Shown here one piece after another: positions 62,201 through 64,000 of a stretch of DNA of 64,000 nucleotides. The notes under the pieces are model-generated. The model worked only from the letters and a program-made list of their open reading frames with translations, did not search any database and had not been told where the DNA came from. Location of the stretch: NCBI RefSeq assembly GCF_003918875.1, contig NW_025765292.1:744001-808000 (forward strand). Direction: 5' to 3'. Position 1 is the first letter of the stretch. Every line of letters begins with the position of its first letter. This stretch comes from Haliotis rubra. Lineage: Eukaryota. The position numbers and the translations under genes are program-made.

Positions 62201-63247
62201 TAGAAATATGAAGTGTATGTATGTTTGTAACACAACAGCTTTTTTCCATCCCTAGTTTTACTAATACTTAGAGCTGATTTATCAGTGGAGAATACCAGTA
62301 CCTCTGATGAAGTTTACCAGACTCTAAATATCACATGCAATAAAACTTTCCAGACTGTTTTATTTTTAGTAATTTGTTCCATTTTCAATTGTATTATGAG
62401 CATGTAGTAACTTTGCAGCGTTTGTTTAATTTTTTAGGTATTGATCTTAGTATATGTGTGTAGGGTAAGATAAATATTATCATGTCTTTGATTGCAATGA
62501 ATACTGGATAATTCAAGTATCTTGGTAATATTCATACTCATGTCAGTTCATGTGTTGAATGAGCGAATATTTTAATGACCTCGGCATTAAAGAAGTTTAC
62601 AAAAAGTAGTGTTGAAAAATCTTACATTTAGTGTGATTGTATGAAATCACAAACACCACTGTTATTACCACTGCTGGTAAGATGTTTATGTTTCCGAAGT
62701 CAAGTTCTTTGTGAACAAAAGTAATTGTTTATTGCTTTGAAAGGTTTGAATACCATTTGACTAGAAAGGTGAATATTTTTATTCCTTTGTTTTTGTAGAA
62801 GCACTGTATGTTGAAGAAGTAAACACATAGCTGTACTCACCTCCATTGTATTGGTTTTGTGTCAACAGCAACAGAAAATGAATGTCTTTGGGTGTCAAAG
62901 TCAATGACATTAAAGATTTTATCAGATTCATACTATGGGATTTCAGATTTTGATGAAGGTAGTTCCTCATGCACTTCAGATGTCCACTCAGTTGAGGATG
63001 GTTTACTGAATTCTGACTCTTTCGTCTTGCTTGTGGTATTCAAACCTTTGTGTTGATACTTAACATTTTCCAAAGAGCTTAAGTTTGTAAGTCTGTATAG
63101 TCCTTGTCCACCTTCATGCTCTACGTTCCTGTGTGGTTGAGATAGAGCAATAATGGTACTTATTACTGTCCTGTACGGTTTAGTAGACCAAAGCAATCAT
63201 GGCTGTTATACTTTTTGTACAGTTTTCTAGTGACTATTTGTTTCATG

Positions 63248-63253
63248 AATAAA
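63248..63253 (+). terminator. Candidate distal polyadenylation signal
   Basis: AATAAA with an upstream TGTA (~63216) and a downstream GT-rich tract tttgtatgttgttctttg. Base skew changes after it. Confidence 0.55.
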
Positions 63254-64000
63254 GAATTATGATACTGCATTTGTATGTTGTTCTTTGAAGAGGGTAAATG
63301 AACAGGACAGCCCATGTTACCTATGGATGTATTCTCTGGGTAGAATTAAAGTCTCTGGAACAACTCTTTGGAAATAATATAATATTCAACCTGCTTCTCT
63401 CAGGAAGATCTCCAGGTCTCTTGCACAAGACCATGTCTCATGTTCATGATCAGCAGACATCAATAAATATGTTCATTTCAGCTGTACCTGCTGCATATAC
63501 TAGTGTTTATACAATGCTTTCTCTCCATTCTTCCTGGACATCAAGAGATTGAAAGAGGCTTAAGAGGCAAGAAGATCTGTTCCATAATGTGTCCTCACAT
63601 CACACCTGAAGGTCACTATCAAGACTATTAAAAGGTTTACAGACCCAAAGTATGTGACAGGACACATTGGATATCTATTGTAAATTACAGAAACATTAAT
63701 AACGCTTGAGGGAGTTCTGTTAAGTTGTATGATAAACTAAGCTGATTATCTTCATATATCTGAGAAGAGGCTCTCTTCAATATACTGCCAGATCACAGCA
63801 TGTAATAGGATGGGATAATAGCTTAAGGTCGCACAGATCGTAGGCAACTTTGAACAAAGTAAATACCACATCAGTGAGTGAACTTACGTTTCCCAAGTCC
63901 GATGACCACTCCACTCCAGGTACTTAACAAAAGATGCATTTTCTGCTTGAACAGTTGACGTCCCACATATACTGTGACAAACACAATAGTTATCGCAAAG

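Larger units (their letters stand above)
56128..63270 (+). other. Probable long 3' UTR (~6-7 kb)
   Basis: T/G-skewed and almost transposon-free, with no credible ORF. AATAAA at 62339 and 63248. Confidence 0.55.

Noticed and set aside
62830-63196. Minus-strand protein-like stretch (SKTKESEFSKPSSTEW...)
   Set aside because: Interrupted by a stop, with no recognisable domain, and it lies within the putative + strand UTR.

Overview
AT-rich, intron-dominated animal genomic DNA. The SINE families with (ACTC)n tails suggest a mollusc, probably abalone (inference from recall, not verified). Nearly all ORF-track entries are spurious, and the real coding content is spliced and on the + strand. (1) Three small phase-compatible exons (5892-6023, which the ORF track missed, 10664-10739 and 16480-16544) encode a divergent SMARCE1/BAF57-type HMG box. 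(2) A 2.57-kb exon (52721-55286) plus a terminal exon (56033-56127) encode a ~880-aa protein. It has three Ski/Sno/Dachshund-like globular repeats, a P/Q/M-rich low-complexity region, SUMO-acceptor consensus motifs and a C-terminal SUMO-interacting motif, followed by a probable ~7-kb 3' UTR. The exon ending at 16544 can splice in frame to 52721, so the two may be one gene, but a polyA signal at 23319 and promoter-like sequence at 26.2-29.0 kb equally allow two genes. The rest is a dense, partly nested set of mobile elements: a DIRS1-type tyrosine-recombinase retrotransposon with an intact ICR/right terminus, a DD34E Tc1 element inside a 6-bp-TSD MITE, Kolobok-, PIF-, Tc1- and Tc2-like MITEs, two hairpin-capped elements, a Penelope-like fragment and two SINE families (one headless, with a conserved 5' pseudoknot). 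There are also five large minisatellites.
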